DNA of 49,843 nt, filler included, from Basidiobolus ranarum (taxonomy: Eukaryota): the NCBI GenBank assembly GCA_040143965.1. It is 2 parts of 2 records of this genome, joined end to end, with 100 filler letters (N's around TTAATTAATTAA, not from the genome) between each part and the next. Parts side by side here need not be neighbours in the genome. Positions count along the whole stretch, not along the records: positions 1 to 24,902 come from JASJQH010007021.1; 1 more part is not named here. One strand, written 5' to 3'. The notes beneath the pieces are model-generated. The model did not search any database. It worked only from the letters and a program-made list of their open reading frames with translations, and was not told the DNA's origin. Positions 1-18,773 of the stretch are shown piece after piece (within the stretch, counting starts at the first letter, position 1; every line of letters starts with the position of its first letter). Position numbers and translations under genes: made by a program.

Positions 1-134
1 CAGCCAACTGGACCCCCGGTAAGGACGTGATTGTCCATGTGAGTGTGAGCAATGAGGAAGCTGAGAAGGAGTTCCCCGGCTACAGACAAGTCAGACCCTA
101 CCTTCGTTTCGCTTCTCTACCAGCCGATGCTTAA
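1..134 (+). CDS. PRX1: 3' end of 1-Cys peroxiredoxin (Prx6/PRX1 family), 5' part outside the window
   Basis: Frame 3 reads ANWTPGKDVIVHVSVSNEEAEKEFPGYRQVRPYLRFASLPADA* with TAA at 132-134, matching the 1-Cys Prx C-terminal pattern (NWxPGxxVI...PYLR). Not in the ORF track. Confidence 0.85.
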   Translation, partial: ANWTPGKDVIVHVSVSNEEAEKEFPGYRQVRPYLRFASLPADA

Positions 135-632
135 TCCAGATGGCTGTACAAGCACTAAACTCTTTTAAGATGCATACATACATTCATACATAATAAATCA
201 ATTTCGCAATGCAGAACAATCCGATATACGTGACATTAGTAAAAGCCTAAAAAAAATTATGGGAATTTCAATGATTGGGAGAGATCCGCTGTCTGAACTT
301 TTGGTTAGTAAATCTTTGATTCAGGAACATATTATTCTGGAATCGGATGTTCCATTTCGGGTTTTGTCATCACGTTGATGCATGCAACTATATCCAGATA
401 ACTGATCTAAAACTAGTCTCAGTTTGAAAAGCTTTGAAAACCCTTCAGGTACACCACATGGAGACTGCGCATGAGCTTATTCCATGACAAGAATTTATTT
501 CCTTCATAAGAAAATCTAGGTATGAATCTCGCAGGGAGATTGAGCCAAACTAAGTATAAATACTGTTATAGTGTGCATATGCGTGCGGGAGGGTGGGTGT
601 GGTGTGTACGTATATATGTCTAAGAATGCAAA

Positions 633-2388
633 TTAAATGGATCCACCTAAGAGTGCGGTTCTTTCATTAGGTTTTTCCAGACTTCCTCGATGTTCCAGAA
701 CATCGGGGCGATTGGAGCTAAATAATCCTTTTGACCATTTTTTGTTTTCCGTTGGGATGGTCAGCAAGTCAGCTTTTTGGTTGGGGATCGTTGTGTTGAT
801 CGGACTATTAGTGTCCCCTTGAGCGGAACGACGACGTATCCACGGGTTGATGGCTCTTATTACTCTTACTTTTTTGGCTACGTCGACAAATACGTCGGTT
901 TCGTCGACAATCTCTTCCTGTATTATCTCTTCAAGTACATCTTCCAGAGTAATCACTCCGATAGGACTGAAGGGCTTAGCAGGGTCAATGACTTGCGCCA
1001 TGTGACCTGGTTCGAGAAAGGGATTGATTAATACAGTTCGACTTTATAAATATCCATGATATTTGAACTTACTTCCTCCTTCTTGGAATCTATTTAACAA
1101 ATCGAACAAGGACTCATCTAAATTAACCTTTGGGCTGTCGAAAATCTTCACCTCGCTGACAGGAACAGCATCTTCAGGATTAAGAAGGATCAAGTTCTAA
1201 GGGCGCGTGATGATGTTAAGTTATTGTTCCAGTGTAATTATGGAGACATTTGGCACTTACTTTTACCAACAAGACACCGATGATGTTGCTCTTCTCTCCT
1301 TTGAAGATCGGCACTCGACTATGCCCAGCACGTAAAATGTTGGTCATAGTTCTACGGTCCAACTTGGACTCATAGCTAAGGGAGAAAACGAACTTCATGG
1401 GGGTCATGACCTCCTTTACCGTCTTACTGCTCAAGTCCAAAGCTCCTTGGATGATGGTTACCTCGTCATGTGTCAATGAGCCACCTTGAGTGCTCTCATG
1501 CAAGGAAACAAGTTCACGGAGCTCTATACACAAATGGTTATGATGGGATACTAAAGGTAAAAGTAACGCCATATAAGGTACCTGCACGACGGTAAATCAC
1601 CCCATGATGTTCACCTAGAATCCAATCCAAAAGACATGCAATTGGGAATGCAACAATCCACTAAAGGAAATAATCAACAAGTTAATCTCTCTAGAACCCT
1701 TTCCATTGAAGATCATGTAACTTACCATAATCCAGATGAGAATACGAACAGGCCTTGAGAAATCAATTCAATCAATATAGAATCCTTCCTACTAGCTCAA
1801 ATGAAAATATTTACCAGGCGAAAAATGCTCCTACTCTCAGACCGTGGCGAGAACACACCGACTGAGGGATAATCTCACCAAACAGTACAATTAATCCGGT
1901 CGATACTAGGATGGCAGTTAAACCTCCACCACCAAATAAAGAGTCGAACATAATAGGAAGAGTTTCGTTCACCAATGTATTTGTCAACAACAAAGTAACT
2001 AACAAAAGATGTCCGTTTTCACGAATAGGTTGAATTCTTGCCGCGTACTTTTTTTGCTTTTCATCTCCAGAAGTAGCAAGGATGTGTAGATTGGTTTGGT
2101 CTAAGGACATTAAGCCCAGTGTTAAGCCTATAAGAAATAATTGGTCAACAAACGATTCATAAAGAATAGATCTACTTCAAACGTACCTGCTACCAAACCT
2201 CCTAACAGAACCAAAAATACTGCTACACCAAGGTACAACCAAAACATCGGCCCACTCCTAGCTAACTCCAGTTTTTCAGCATTAAGCAAAGGTGAATTGA
2301 TAGGTGCTGCCCATACGGCAACCATAGCCTTTGATATTAGTATGACTAAACCTGAACCTTTCAACAAGGGTAACCGGGGCGTACTCAT
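633..2388 (-). CDS. MAM3: DUF21/CNNM transmembrane plus CBS-pair metal-homeostasis protein (Mam3-like)
   Basis: Hand-spliced GT-AG exons 2388-2187, 2127-1815, 1753-1726, 1660-1582, 1524-1261, 1196-1073, 1006-633. Motifs GLTLGLMSLD, HLLLVTLLLTN, LFGEIIPQSVC, GHSRVPI, GVITLEDVLEEIIQEEIVDETD. Confidence 0.92.
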
Positions 2389-3249
2389 TGTTTATTGCGT
2401 AAGGAGACCAAAGGAACAAGAAGAGTTTAAATCGAAGTTACACTTTACACCCTGCACCATATGACCTTCAAATCGCTTAAATCACCCATTGAAAAAGAAA
2501 GCATCCCAATTCACAAATTCCCGAATGGATTGATTACGTTTAGATAAACCGGAATTTACTTGCACCATCTCCAACGTAAAACAATGGTTCGAAACCTCAA
2601 AACCGGTCCAGAAAATTTGTTAAATGAATTGATTTATTTACCAACACATACCAACACATCAAACTATCTTTACCTTATTAGGAACTCCTCCCTACTGGAT
2701 ATCTGGAAAATCTACTTGTCGCTAGACTAATCTATTACAATCTCGGGACAAATGGGATCAAAATCTGATTCATGCAGGCGCACATGGGAACACGGACTTC
2801 CAAAATTTCAGGATATGCATCGGAAGCTGAGGAAGTTAGGGTTAGAGAAGCAGGTGGAAAGGGATACAAGAAATAAAAGGGAATAAAGGGATACAAAATA
2901 AAGGATGAATCATCGTTGAAACTGGACTAAGTTAGGAAGATTTATCACGCGAACCGCTGCTTTAACACTACATACCAACTTTATCTCGATTAGGGCTTGT
3001 ACCACAGCTGAGTTATCTCATATATCCATAGATAATCGTTTCCATGCCCAGCAAGTACCACCCCATTGCGTTGTAAGTACTACCGCTAACATGATACAAA
3101 AATTGTGGTGTTTATTTTGAAGACAAATACATGTTCACGATTTACAAATAAAGATATCAACTGGGCGAATGAAGTATATCTGTTGTCCGAGAATAATTAA
3201 AAAAGGCATTCGGAAGGAGTGCAAGATGAAAAAAATTTCTTCCAGGCGG

Positions 3250-9360
<6,111 letters not shown>

Positions 9361-9983
9361 ATTTATGTTGGAAACTGACAATAAAACACACAAATCTAAA
9401 CTCGAGTTGGTGTAGTAGGTAATCAAGAATACAATTTATCTTTATATTCTTTCTCGAGATTACCAACGTACACTTGGCTTGGTAAAGGGGAAAATCTAGT
9501 TTTAATCAAAGAAAAAGTTAAAGGCCCTCGTGTTCTAATAGTAAACTTCTTAAACCGACAAAGGCCATCTGAACAATGTCATTAAAGTCCATCACCCGAA
9601 ATCCGAGATATCACGTGGATTGTCGCGCCTGTGATAACGACCTTCATAATTTTTTTCAAAATTCCATTTGGGAAGGATCGATAGGATTAAAGATAAATAG
9701 AAAACATTAAACATTGGCGATGATTTGTGCTATACAGATGTCCTGGAGATTTGTGCTAGTCCTAGGCGATACTAGATAATAAATTTGATCGATTCCCATT
9801 CATTCTCGTCATGCTTTTGTATCTAGCTACCAATGACACGTTATTCTCAGTATAAAGCATGGATGTTCACCAGGTCAGATGCAATAAGCCACAGCCTCTT
9901 ATACTGTAGCTTTGGTTAGGGCAGAAACTTTATTTTCTTATAGATTCTGATATTAGATCAACGATACATATCAAAATGCTTTA

Positions 9984-10885
9984 TTAACGGATTGTGACCA
10001 TAAGCTCACTCCAATCTTCAATGCTATAAACTACTTTAGATTGATGATATTCTCTAGCCTGTGATAGAGGCTTTAGTTCGATGTCATAAACTTGCAACTT
10101 CTTACGGAGAGACGTATTGTTTCCAACGACAATACCATAGTCAGCCTCAACTAAAATAGAACGTATATGAATATTTACGATGAAAGTTGATCAGATTTAC
10201 TTGCACACTTACGAAGGCATTCCAAATCAGTTGAAGAATCTCCAATATACATTGAGGCGGTTCCTTCAGGCTTGTGTAGTTTTTTGAAAGCCCTTAACTT
10301 ATCACCAGCAACCACAACACTCGGGAGAATATTTCCGGTAGAAGTACCGGTTTTGTCAAACTCTAAATCATTAGCAATAATAGAGAGTTCACCTTCTGAT
10401 ATCGATTTTAAAGCACCAGCAATCCAGTCTTTGGACCAGTTTACCGAAAGAACGTGAAGTTCTCGCTCACTATGCTTGGCATACTTTTTTAAAAACTCTA
10501 ACGAATGTGGCCTAAGCATAAGTTCACTACCACCTCTTCTTAATTCTTCTCGGGTCACTCCAGACAGAGCTAAGCCTTTACTTACACGGGCCAAAGAGCG
10601 CAACTCTACCTCTTTCAAAGCATCTAAAAAATAATAAAGCTGTTCCAAAGTTCCGTTTTGTGTAGGTTGGGGTGGAAGTTTTGCAGAATATTTGGTGTAG
10701 TCTTCCCCGTATGCCTCCTCAAAGTAAGACCAAGGTGGAATAGAGGAAACCTGTGTTGTGTTACGAGCCTCACGTACTTTATAAGCTGTCTTCGCCAAAG
10801 ATGAAATAGAATCTTGCTGGGATATAGTCTCATCAAAGTCAGTCACTAGCAAGCCAATTGGGCGAATTCTACATGCTGTAGCCAT
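9984..10885 (-). CDS. HAD-superfamily hydrolase (Cto1 / thiamine-phosphate phosphatase-like)
   Basis: HAD motif I DFDET, VLSVNWSKDWI, motif IV YIGDSSTDLECL. One intron, then an exon reading EADYGIVVG...IEDWSELMVTIR* (TAA 9986-9984). An alternative in-frame ATG lies at 10936. Confidence 0.8.
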
Positions 10886-11277
10886 GTTTCTCAAGTAAAG
10901 TAACGGCAACAAAACCGGTAGTTGAAATAACCTCATTTCAAAGGTTATCAGCTTCTTCTAAGTTGGTCTGATTAACTAATATAGCGAGCAAATTTGATTT
11001 ATGTCATATTAAGGCAAAAGAGAGGAACAAATGGTATACTGGTTATTTGCGTGATGAGCAAAATATTTATTGATTTAACATTAAACAAGAAAATATAGCC
11101 TCATCTAAAAAGGAAATATTTTTATGTTAAAGTGTAGTATAACATACATTCTCCGTATTGGCTAAAAATTGCTAAGAATGGGATTTGGGGTGATTTTTCC
11201 AGGTCAAGTGTTGAATATCTTGAAATTCCTCCACACCATTTCCCTAGCTACCACTTTAGTTTACAGCTGTAAGGACT

Positions 11278-12233
11278 ATGACACCTAGAAGAAATCGGGA
11301 GCCTTCATTAGTGACCACAGGATACCTCGTTATTTACAACGTACTATCTTGGTTTGCTTGGACTTATGTCCTCATGTGGACACTTGGCGAAGTATGGAAT
11401 AAATCTGGAGATTACACCCAGAATTGCAGCAAGATTGGCTGGACTCTGACTCTCGTACAAACCGGTGCTGTTTTAGAGGTAATAATCCGAACCATATTTT
11501 ACCAAAAAACTGTTCTAACTTTGCCTCCAATAGATCCTTCACTCCATCATAGGTAACTAGTACTGTGTTGTAAGCTAAATTAGAGCAACATTAATATTTT
11601 TGATATAGGTATTGTCCGCTCTCCAGTCTTAACTACCACCATCCAGGTATTCTCTCGAGTCATGCTTGTTTGGGGTATTCTTTTCTTATTCCCCATCCCC
11701 GAGGTAGGTTATCAAGAGACATTTCGTTGTCGGAAAATTCGCATAACGTTTTTCAACTTTTTTAGGTTCATGAACACTGGGCCTTTACAACAATGACTGT
11801 TGCTTGGTGCATCACCGAGTCGATTCGTTACTTGTATTATGCTTTGAATCTTTTAAATATTCAATCCAGTCTTCTTGTATGGGCACGGTATGGTTGTTTG
11901 ATTGTAAAGTCGATATTGTTATGATGTAATAACGTCAATTCATTGTATCGTAGCTATACTTTCTTCTATGCTCTTTACCCTCTTGGAGCTACCAGTGAAG
12001 CTATTCTCATATACCAGTCATTGAGTGCAGCCAAAAGTCTTAATATTTATTATTACTACTACCTTGTCTTCTTACTGTTCACATACCCTCCTGGTAAGCG
12101 TTAATTGATAGATTCGTATGAATTCATTGAAGCTCACATTTCTTTTATCTGCGTAGTGTTCCTTCATATGTACACGCATATGATGATTCAAAGAAAGAAA
12201 TATCTCTCTCCCAAGAGCAAAAAAAGCGAATAG
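11278..12233 (+). CDS. PHS1: Very-long-chain 3-hydroxyacyl-CoA dehydratase (PTPLA/HACD family)
   Basis: Spliced motifs YLVIYN, VQTGAVLE-ILHSIIGIVRSP (19-nt microexon 11534-11552), QVFSR, AWCITESIRYLYY, WARYTFFYALYPLGATSE, MYTHMMIQRKKYL. Lysine-rich ER-type C-terminus KSKKSE*. Confidence 0.93.
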
Positions 12234-12889
12234 GCAACAATAGAAGTCCTTTTCTCACTCCTTCAACTTGCTTCTGCTAACAGCAACTTTTGAATACAAG
12301 ATTCGAACCCCCATTTCTCTGGGCCCCATTGTTATTTATTCAAATGTCATAATTCAAATAAAAGAGGTTTTTATAGCGTTACTCGTGCGTGAATGGTATC
12401 ATTAGTAGGTTGTATACCGAGGTCTCGTCGAGATCACCAAAACGTTTTTTCGGTAATTGATTTACCAGTTTAATTAGCGACTTAATTACCGAAACGGCTC
12501 TAGATAGATATTTTTATAATCGAAGCAAATTGGTTCTTTCTAGAAATGCTTTCCAACACAGATAATATCATTGTGACTGGCTGGCTAACATTCGGTGTGA
12601 GATGATGTAAACACACAAAACATCAAACCGATCCGTTTAATAAATCCAATATGAGGCGCGTGTCAGACTGTGCAAGCAGTGCTGGTATCACTAGAATTGC
12701 TGATTACTGATTTTAGATAATTCTATTTTCTTCTGAATTCCTAACGTGAATGAAACTAGCTTTCCTTCCTAGACTATAAACCTACTTCTGAGAGTAAATC
12801 TTACTTGTCGTTTCATTAAACTTACTATTCTCCTCTCCCCTTTCTTTCCACTGTTTACAACCCAAAGTTCTGTTGAAATCTTCTTCGAA

Positions 12890-15791
12890 ATGAGATATGT
12901 TGACGTGTTTTTGGTATGTTTACTCGTTTTTTCTTTCGGGAACCCAATATTCATGACCATTATCTCGACAGAATGATAGGCCCAAAGAAAGCTTTGACCT
13001 TCTATCTAATCGACTAAAGAAAGCCAAGGTTTTAAACGAAGAAGTGGCCGACTTTTTCAAAGAAAGGTATACATTAGTACGGGATTTCTTCGAGTAAAAC
13101 CATGACTGAACCTCTCTTAAAAACCACTTTATGCCATAAGAGCACTTATTGAGGAAACATATTCCAAAGCTCTATTGAAGTTGGTAAATAAGAAATTTGT
13201 CTCAGATAAAACTACTCTTGGGTACGTCTTATATATTTATTATCTTCAAAGGAATAGAGATTTATTTCTACTTTTTTCACTTGTTCTCTTTCGTAACAGT
13301 ACTCTGGGTGCCGTCTGGGGTCAGATCGTTCATGAAGTACAAGAGACTAGCAATCTACACACTGACTTTGGTAAAAAAATATTGGAAGAAGTTGCTAAAC
13401 CACTTCGTGAATGTCATATGGTAGATTCCGAATGGAATGGTCTCAAGAGTGTAAGCCTATGGACAGAATTTCAAATGCTTAGAAATATCATTACTAATCA
13501 TGGTCCTTTGATAGCATGAGGCATCCATATCGAAGATAATTAAGGATTACGATGAAACCAACGCCAAAACGATCAAGGTTATTATTTCCTTTGAGCTAGT
13601 CAGTTAAATATCTATTAACGCCAAATATAGCACAAAAAAACCGCCGAAAAGAGCTCGGGGAAGAAGGCCATAACAACTGGTACATTACTAATGCAAACAT
13701 CATGAAATCCCCACAACTAAACCAAATCCACCTTTATGCAGCCAAGAAACTTGCTGAATCTTCCAAAGCGCTGGAGGATAGTATCCAAAGCTGGATGCAT
13801 GATGCTCCTGCCCTGTTCAATGTAACGGATAAATCAATATCTTTGCTAATTGACAAAATACTTACTATTTCAAAAGAAATACAACAAAGTTGATTCGACA
13901 AGACTTTCCTGTCTCAAGACTACATTTAGCAGATACGTGGAACTGGAAATTGAGCAGAATAAGGCCCAAATCCAGGTAAATAATCAATTATTTGCGATTG
14001 CATCATGGAAATACTCAAACACTCTGCTATAGCAACACGAGCAAACGTTGAACACCGTCCTTCAATTTAGTATCCAAGAAGAGCTCGATAGCTTTTGCGC
14101 TAATAAGCCACAGAATTTTGAAAGAATCGGTAATGATTCATGTGTACGTTCTCTTCGCTTTGACACAATGGCTGATTGCTCTCACTTTCAGTATCCATAA
14201 ATGAAAATGCTATAGCAACTGAGCCAGTTCAGCGCAGCAATGGGTTCGATCGAACTAATACGGACCACAGGTGAGTGTTTGAGAAATTTGGTGGCAGATT
14301 TGACGTCACCTAAATGCTAATCTTTCATTAGTGATAGATATTCGCAACCAGTTCAATCGAACACTTTTAATTTCGAGGAGCCTGTAAGTAATCCTACTAG
14401 TCTCTACATTTACCCACTCTGTATTTATATTGGTTTGTTTATAGACCAATCTTGCCATTGATAACAGTGACATCAATCCATTCCGTAACAATGGTCCTAG
14501 TGCACTACCTACAACTACAGTTGATTCAGAGGGATATTCTGTTCCTTCAACTGAATCTACTGCATGGACCCAGATGGCTGGAGAGCCAAATACCCTGTTG
14601 GCAGATGAGAATGAGGCCAATGGAGCCAGAATGAAGATTGATATTCAAGACAAGGTTATTACTGAAGAGCCTGCTGAGGCGTCCAAAGCTCTGACTCGAG
14701 TGAGCAGTACACTAAGATTAAAGAACACCATCAAGAGAAATACTCTTCGAGGTAGAAGGGATACTAGAAATAGAACCTCTTCTGTCGAGTGGTTGGAACG
14801 TAACAATTCAAATGGTACCCAAATCGCTCCTGGGACCACCATAACCACATCCTCGTTGGAGGCTCGCTTGGAATCATTAGATGGCGCTGCTAAATCTACT
14901 GATGCCAATGGTACATTTAAATTCCCTGACGCTGGACGTAACACTTTGGCGCGACGTGATAGCGTGATGCCAAGACTTTCAATGTTCCCATCGAACCTTA
15001 GTCTTTCTTCCGGCAATTCTGAACATACAGGCACCTCAGAAACTAACGGGTTAAATGGGTTTGTCTCTGAGGTTGTAAACGTTCTCTTTAACAACGGTCA
15101 AATCTCCAAGGTGTTTATCACCGGTGAAGTAAGTATCTCGGGGGCTTCCGTCAATCCTATCAAGATAGCCATCAAAGATGTCAAATCCTTTGAGCGTCTC
15201 ATTCCTAATCAAAACTTCATCTCGCCCATTGACGAAGAGACTGGTATTTACGAGTTAAACATTGGAGCACTGACTCAGAGTAACGTCTCTAAAGCCACCA
15301 TATTCAAGTACCAACTACACATTGATGAGGCACAGAGATCCCAGTATGTCCCCATACTTTTAAGCTCTGTATGGAAATGCGAAGAAACATTGACTTCTCT
15401 AGTAGTTACTTACCAAGCAAATCCTGATTGTCTGTTAAAGGGCAGCTTATCGGAAGCTTCCATTGTACTTCCCGTCGATGATAATGTTACTCATGTACAA
15501 TCCAAGCCATTGGGTGTTTGGAATGCAGAGAAACAACGTCTCTTGTGGCAAGTTGCAGATATCGATTTCAACTCGAATGAATCGCAAAAATTGCTTGCCC
15601 GATTTGAGACAAAGACTCAAGGACATCCTGCTTCAGTAGCAGCCAAGTTTACACATAAAGAAAGCATCCTGTCTCCAATGCATTTCGAACTAACCGATGT
15701 AGAGAATGGATCAGTAAATCTTCATTACAAGTTAACCACTGGAAAATATATCGCTGCCCCAGGTGGCGTTCCAAGTGGTATCTCGCAATGA
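12890..15791 (+). CDS. SYP1: Muniscin endocytic adaptor Syp1/FCHo (F-BAR plus mu-homology domain)
   Basis: Exon 1 12890-12913 (MRYVDVFL), then F-BAR start (LKKAKVLNEEVADFFKERALIEETYSKAL) over many small exons. Final exon carries a muHD (SEVVNVLF, ITGEV, FKYQ, VQSKPLGVWN...LLW, TTGKY). Confidence 0.88.
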
Positions 15792-16128
15792 GCTTGAGCA
15801 TATCTAACAATTCACGTTTTACTAAGTGTATATATATCCAATTCGTTTTCGTATTCTCAACCCTTATGAAAACACTTTTATATCTGCTCTCTATCCTTTT
15901 GGCTTTTATTTGGCTCTACTTTATTGCTCTAGAACGTCTTTCCCCTCTCCTTCTTTGTTGACTAACCCACCTTCTCCGTCAATCAGTATCTCAAATTTTG
16001 TGGTCCTTTTTTATTTGTTCGCCATTCTCAAAATAATACTTGCCCGGGACAACCCCAGAACGCATCACTGTTGATTTATTTTACAAGGTCTATGAGATCA
16101 TGATATTGTCTAATACTGAACAAAAGCA

Positions 16129-18239
16129 TCAACGAGCTTTGTCCTTCATTTTGGCTTCTACAAGAGCTACTGAACGATGTAAGCTGTATGGATGTACCCC
16201 CACTGATTTACTAGCAATCTCCAGCAATCTGGCGTATTGTGGATGGAAATCACCTAAAGGATCGAACATGTAGGAATAGGATACGTATTCATCTCCGGCA
16301 TCGATGTATTCAGTGTCTCTATCCCGATAAATAGAAGAAAGCTCATCGATAGATTGTGTGAGGTTTTTAGAGTAATCGAAGATTGGTGTTGATTCAGCAA
16401 CCTGGTGTATCGATTCGAAATGCCTCATAATCTCATCCTCCCCTTTCTCTCCTCCTTCTTTAACAAACTCTAGACAAAATTCAATAAATTCATCGATATT
16501 TTTCGACGCATATTCTCGGATATTGCTGTGATAAACGAATATAATCAGTTGAGATGACAGCGAGTAGTAGCAGAGGTAGTTTTAATGAGTAGATTACCTA
16601 TAATCACTGGGCACGTGTGTTCGAGAAATTTCATTCGTTTGATTGCTTATCATATGGAACCATTCGTGTACTTTTGGAAGATTTTCGATCGAATTTAATG
16701 GGTCGCCCGCTCTGAAAACATCAATCATTAATCCCTGCGTTGACAATGGAATAATGTAGGGGATCTGAGTTGAAGTACCTTGGTGTCTCATCCAACCCAT
16801 AAAATAGCTTCACAGAAGCCACTAGAGCACCCATGACTAAACAGCTAGGTGGAAGTTCTGCGTTATGTAAGTGCATGTTGAACTTGGACAATTCAATCAA
16901 TTTCATGGCATGAACGAAAAATTCAGCTAAAAATTCAATGGAATTAAATAATGTAACTATGATGCACCATATAACTGACATATTTACGTGGTAGCACAAG
17001 TTCTCTAACATAACGATACAGTATTGGTGGCGTGTTGATTTCGGGAATAACAATGGCAAACTTGGTTTCGTAAAATTTGGCAAACAGGCTAGCGGTTCGA
17101 TGCAATCTATCGCAATTCGGAATCGTCTATCATTTACAACAATGTTAGCAAATACACTGGTTGGCATTGCAACATATATTCATACCCTGGCGCGTAACAT
17201 CAAAGATTGCTCTTTGCTGATATGGATTAATAGTCTCTGAGGTAGTGTATTATAAGCCGTAAGGTAGGCCAACCGCTTACTGGATGCTAGTCTATTGAAT
17301 GGGTAAGTAATACATAAAAGGGGCTTCACTAGCATATATCGACGAACCTGTGAATATCAACGAGCAAAACTGGCAACCGTAGCCATTGTGCCCCTAGATA
17401 ACATAATATTAAGGACCATTCTAAGCGTAAGAGATCCTTTGGATCCAGTCCTGATGAACTAGAGGTTATGTCGTCAAATTCACTCTCGGGTATTTCTGTA
17501 GCTGATTCTAATAAAACTTCTTCAAGGTTATCTCCGTTGGTTTCGCCTGAAGGTTTATCGTAGGCGCGATCCACTTCATCTTCCAGTTTATGGATTTCGT
17601 CTTTATCACCATCTTCATTTTGTTTAATCCGGTTCAAAAACTGAACGTCACTTTCGTTTATAGTTAATCCAGCCTCTGACACATACAATGTCCACAGTTC
17701 TTGAACCACTTTCTAAAAAACCATTGTTCAATTAGTTCCCACTATAATTAAATAACTAGTAATAGATTCGATACCTCAAGTTCCGTAGGTAATCCGAATT
17801 CTGTGATCAAAGCATTCAGTTGCTTACGAAGAATAATTTGAAAACACTGGAATAAAAGGAAGCGACCACGTTCACCATACAAGACTATTTCGACAAAAGT
17901 TGGTTGGTAAATAATTTCCAAACATTAACTCTACTTCATAATGTTAGCCTATTTGCTAGCAAAATGGGTATATATTCGAACCTTCAACTTTCTTCTCTTC
18001 TTCATTGTGGTTCTGTCGTTTTTTTCTAGTTGTACGACCACCTCTTACATCCTCAATATCTAATTCTTCTTCTTGATGTCCCTATTGAAAATGGACTTTT
18101 AAGTTGGAAATCCTCTCGTCTAATGGGACAGTATTAAAAGATATACTTGAAGTTGATGACCAAATTCACAAATCATGAACCCAAGGTCATTTCTAAACCA
18201 TCGACGTGATTTACATATCGGGCAAGAAGGCTTTTTCAT
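16129..18239 (-). CDS. RRN7: RNA polymerase I core-factor subunit Rrn7/TAF1B
   Basis: N-terminal zinc ribbon MKKPSCPICKSRRWFRNDLGFMICEFGHQ, then LYGERGRFLLFQCFQIILRKQL, VVQELWTLY, LCYLGAQWLRLPVLLVDIHR, VKLFYGLD. Canonical introns. Confidence 0.85.
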
Positions 18240-18773
18240 TCTTGAAATCTAGAACGAACCTGGAACGGCGATACCTAGAAAGTTCAGCAGTGCTGTTGAG
18301 AAATAATTAACAAAAAAAAGGATGTTTTGTTCAGTTCATATTTTTCTTTCCTAAATCGGTATTTGAAGCTGTCACAAGATAGATTCTTGTCAACATCAAA
18401 CTAATCTCGATTATTGTTGTGATTAAATAGGAAAACAGTAATGAAATTTAAGCAATTCTATTGTGAATTTCCAGTAGTAAGTAGAATGAATGCTCTTGAT
18501 AGTGGCAGATGATGTCTCCTCCAATCAACAAATCCATTGTGATTGTAACTATGATGATCTGATATTAGATCATTATGTTGAACATCATGTGATGAGGAGT
18601 AACTTGAGTTAAATTGAATACTGCATTCAAGCTTGACAACAGGGAAATCGGTGACAAGCAGTCACTTTTATCTTAAAATACTTAATTGCTTAACCCTTAG
18701 ATTCTATTCGTTTGAGCGATTACACACAGCTCTCACCTTCACATAGATACTTTATTGATACCTATTAACTCTA

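Noticed and set aside
2586-2595. GGTTCGAAAC B-box-like motif
   Set aside because: No complete T-stem or other tRNA arms. An isolated motif is insufficient.
12295-12315. GGTTCGAATC (minus strand), resembling a tRNA T-loop/B-box
   Set aside because: Flanks do not form a 5-bp T-stem and no cloverleaf is apparent. It lies in the PHS1 3' region.
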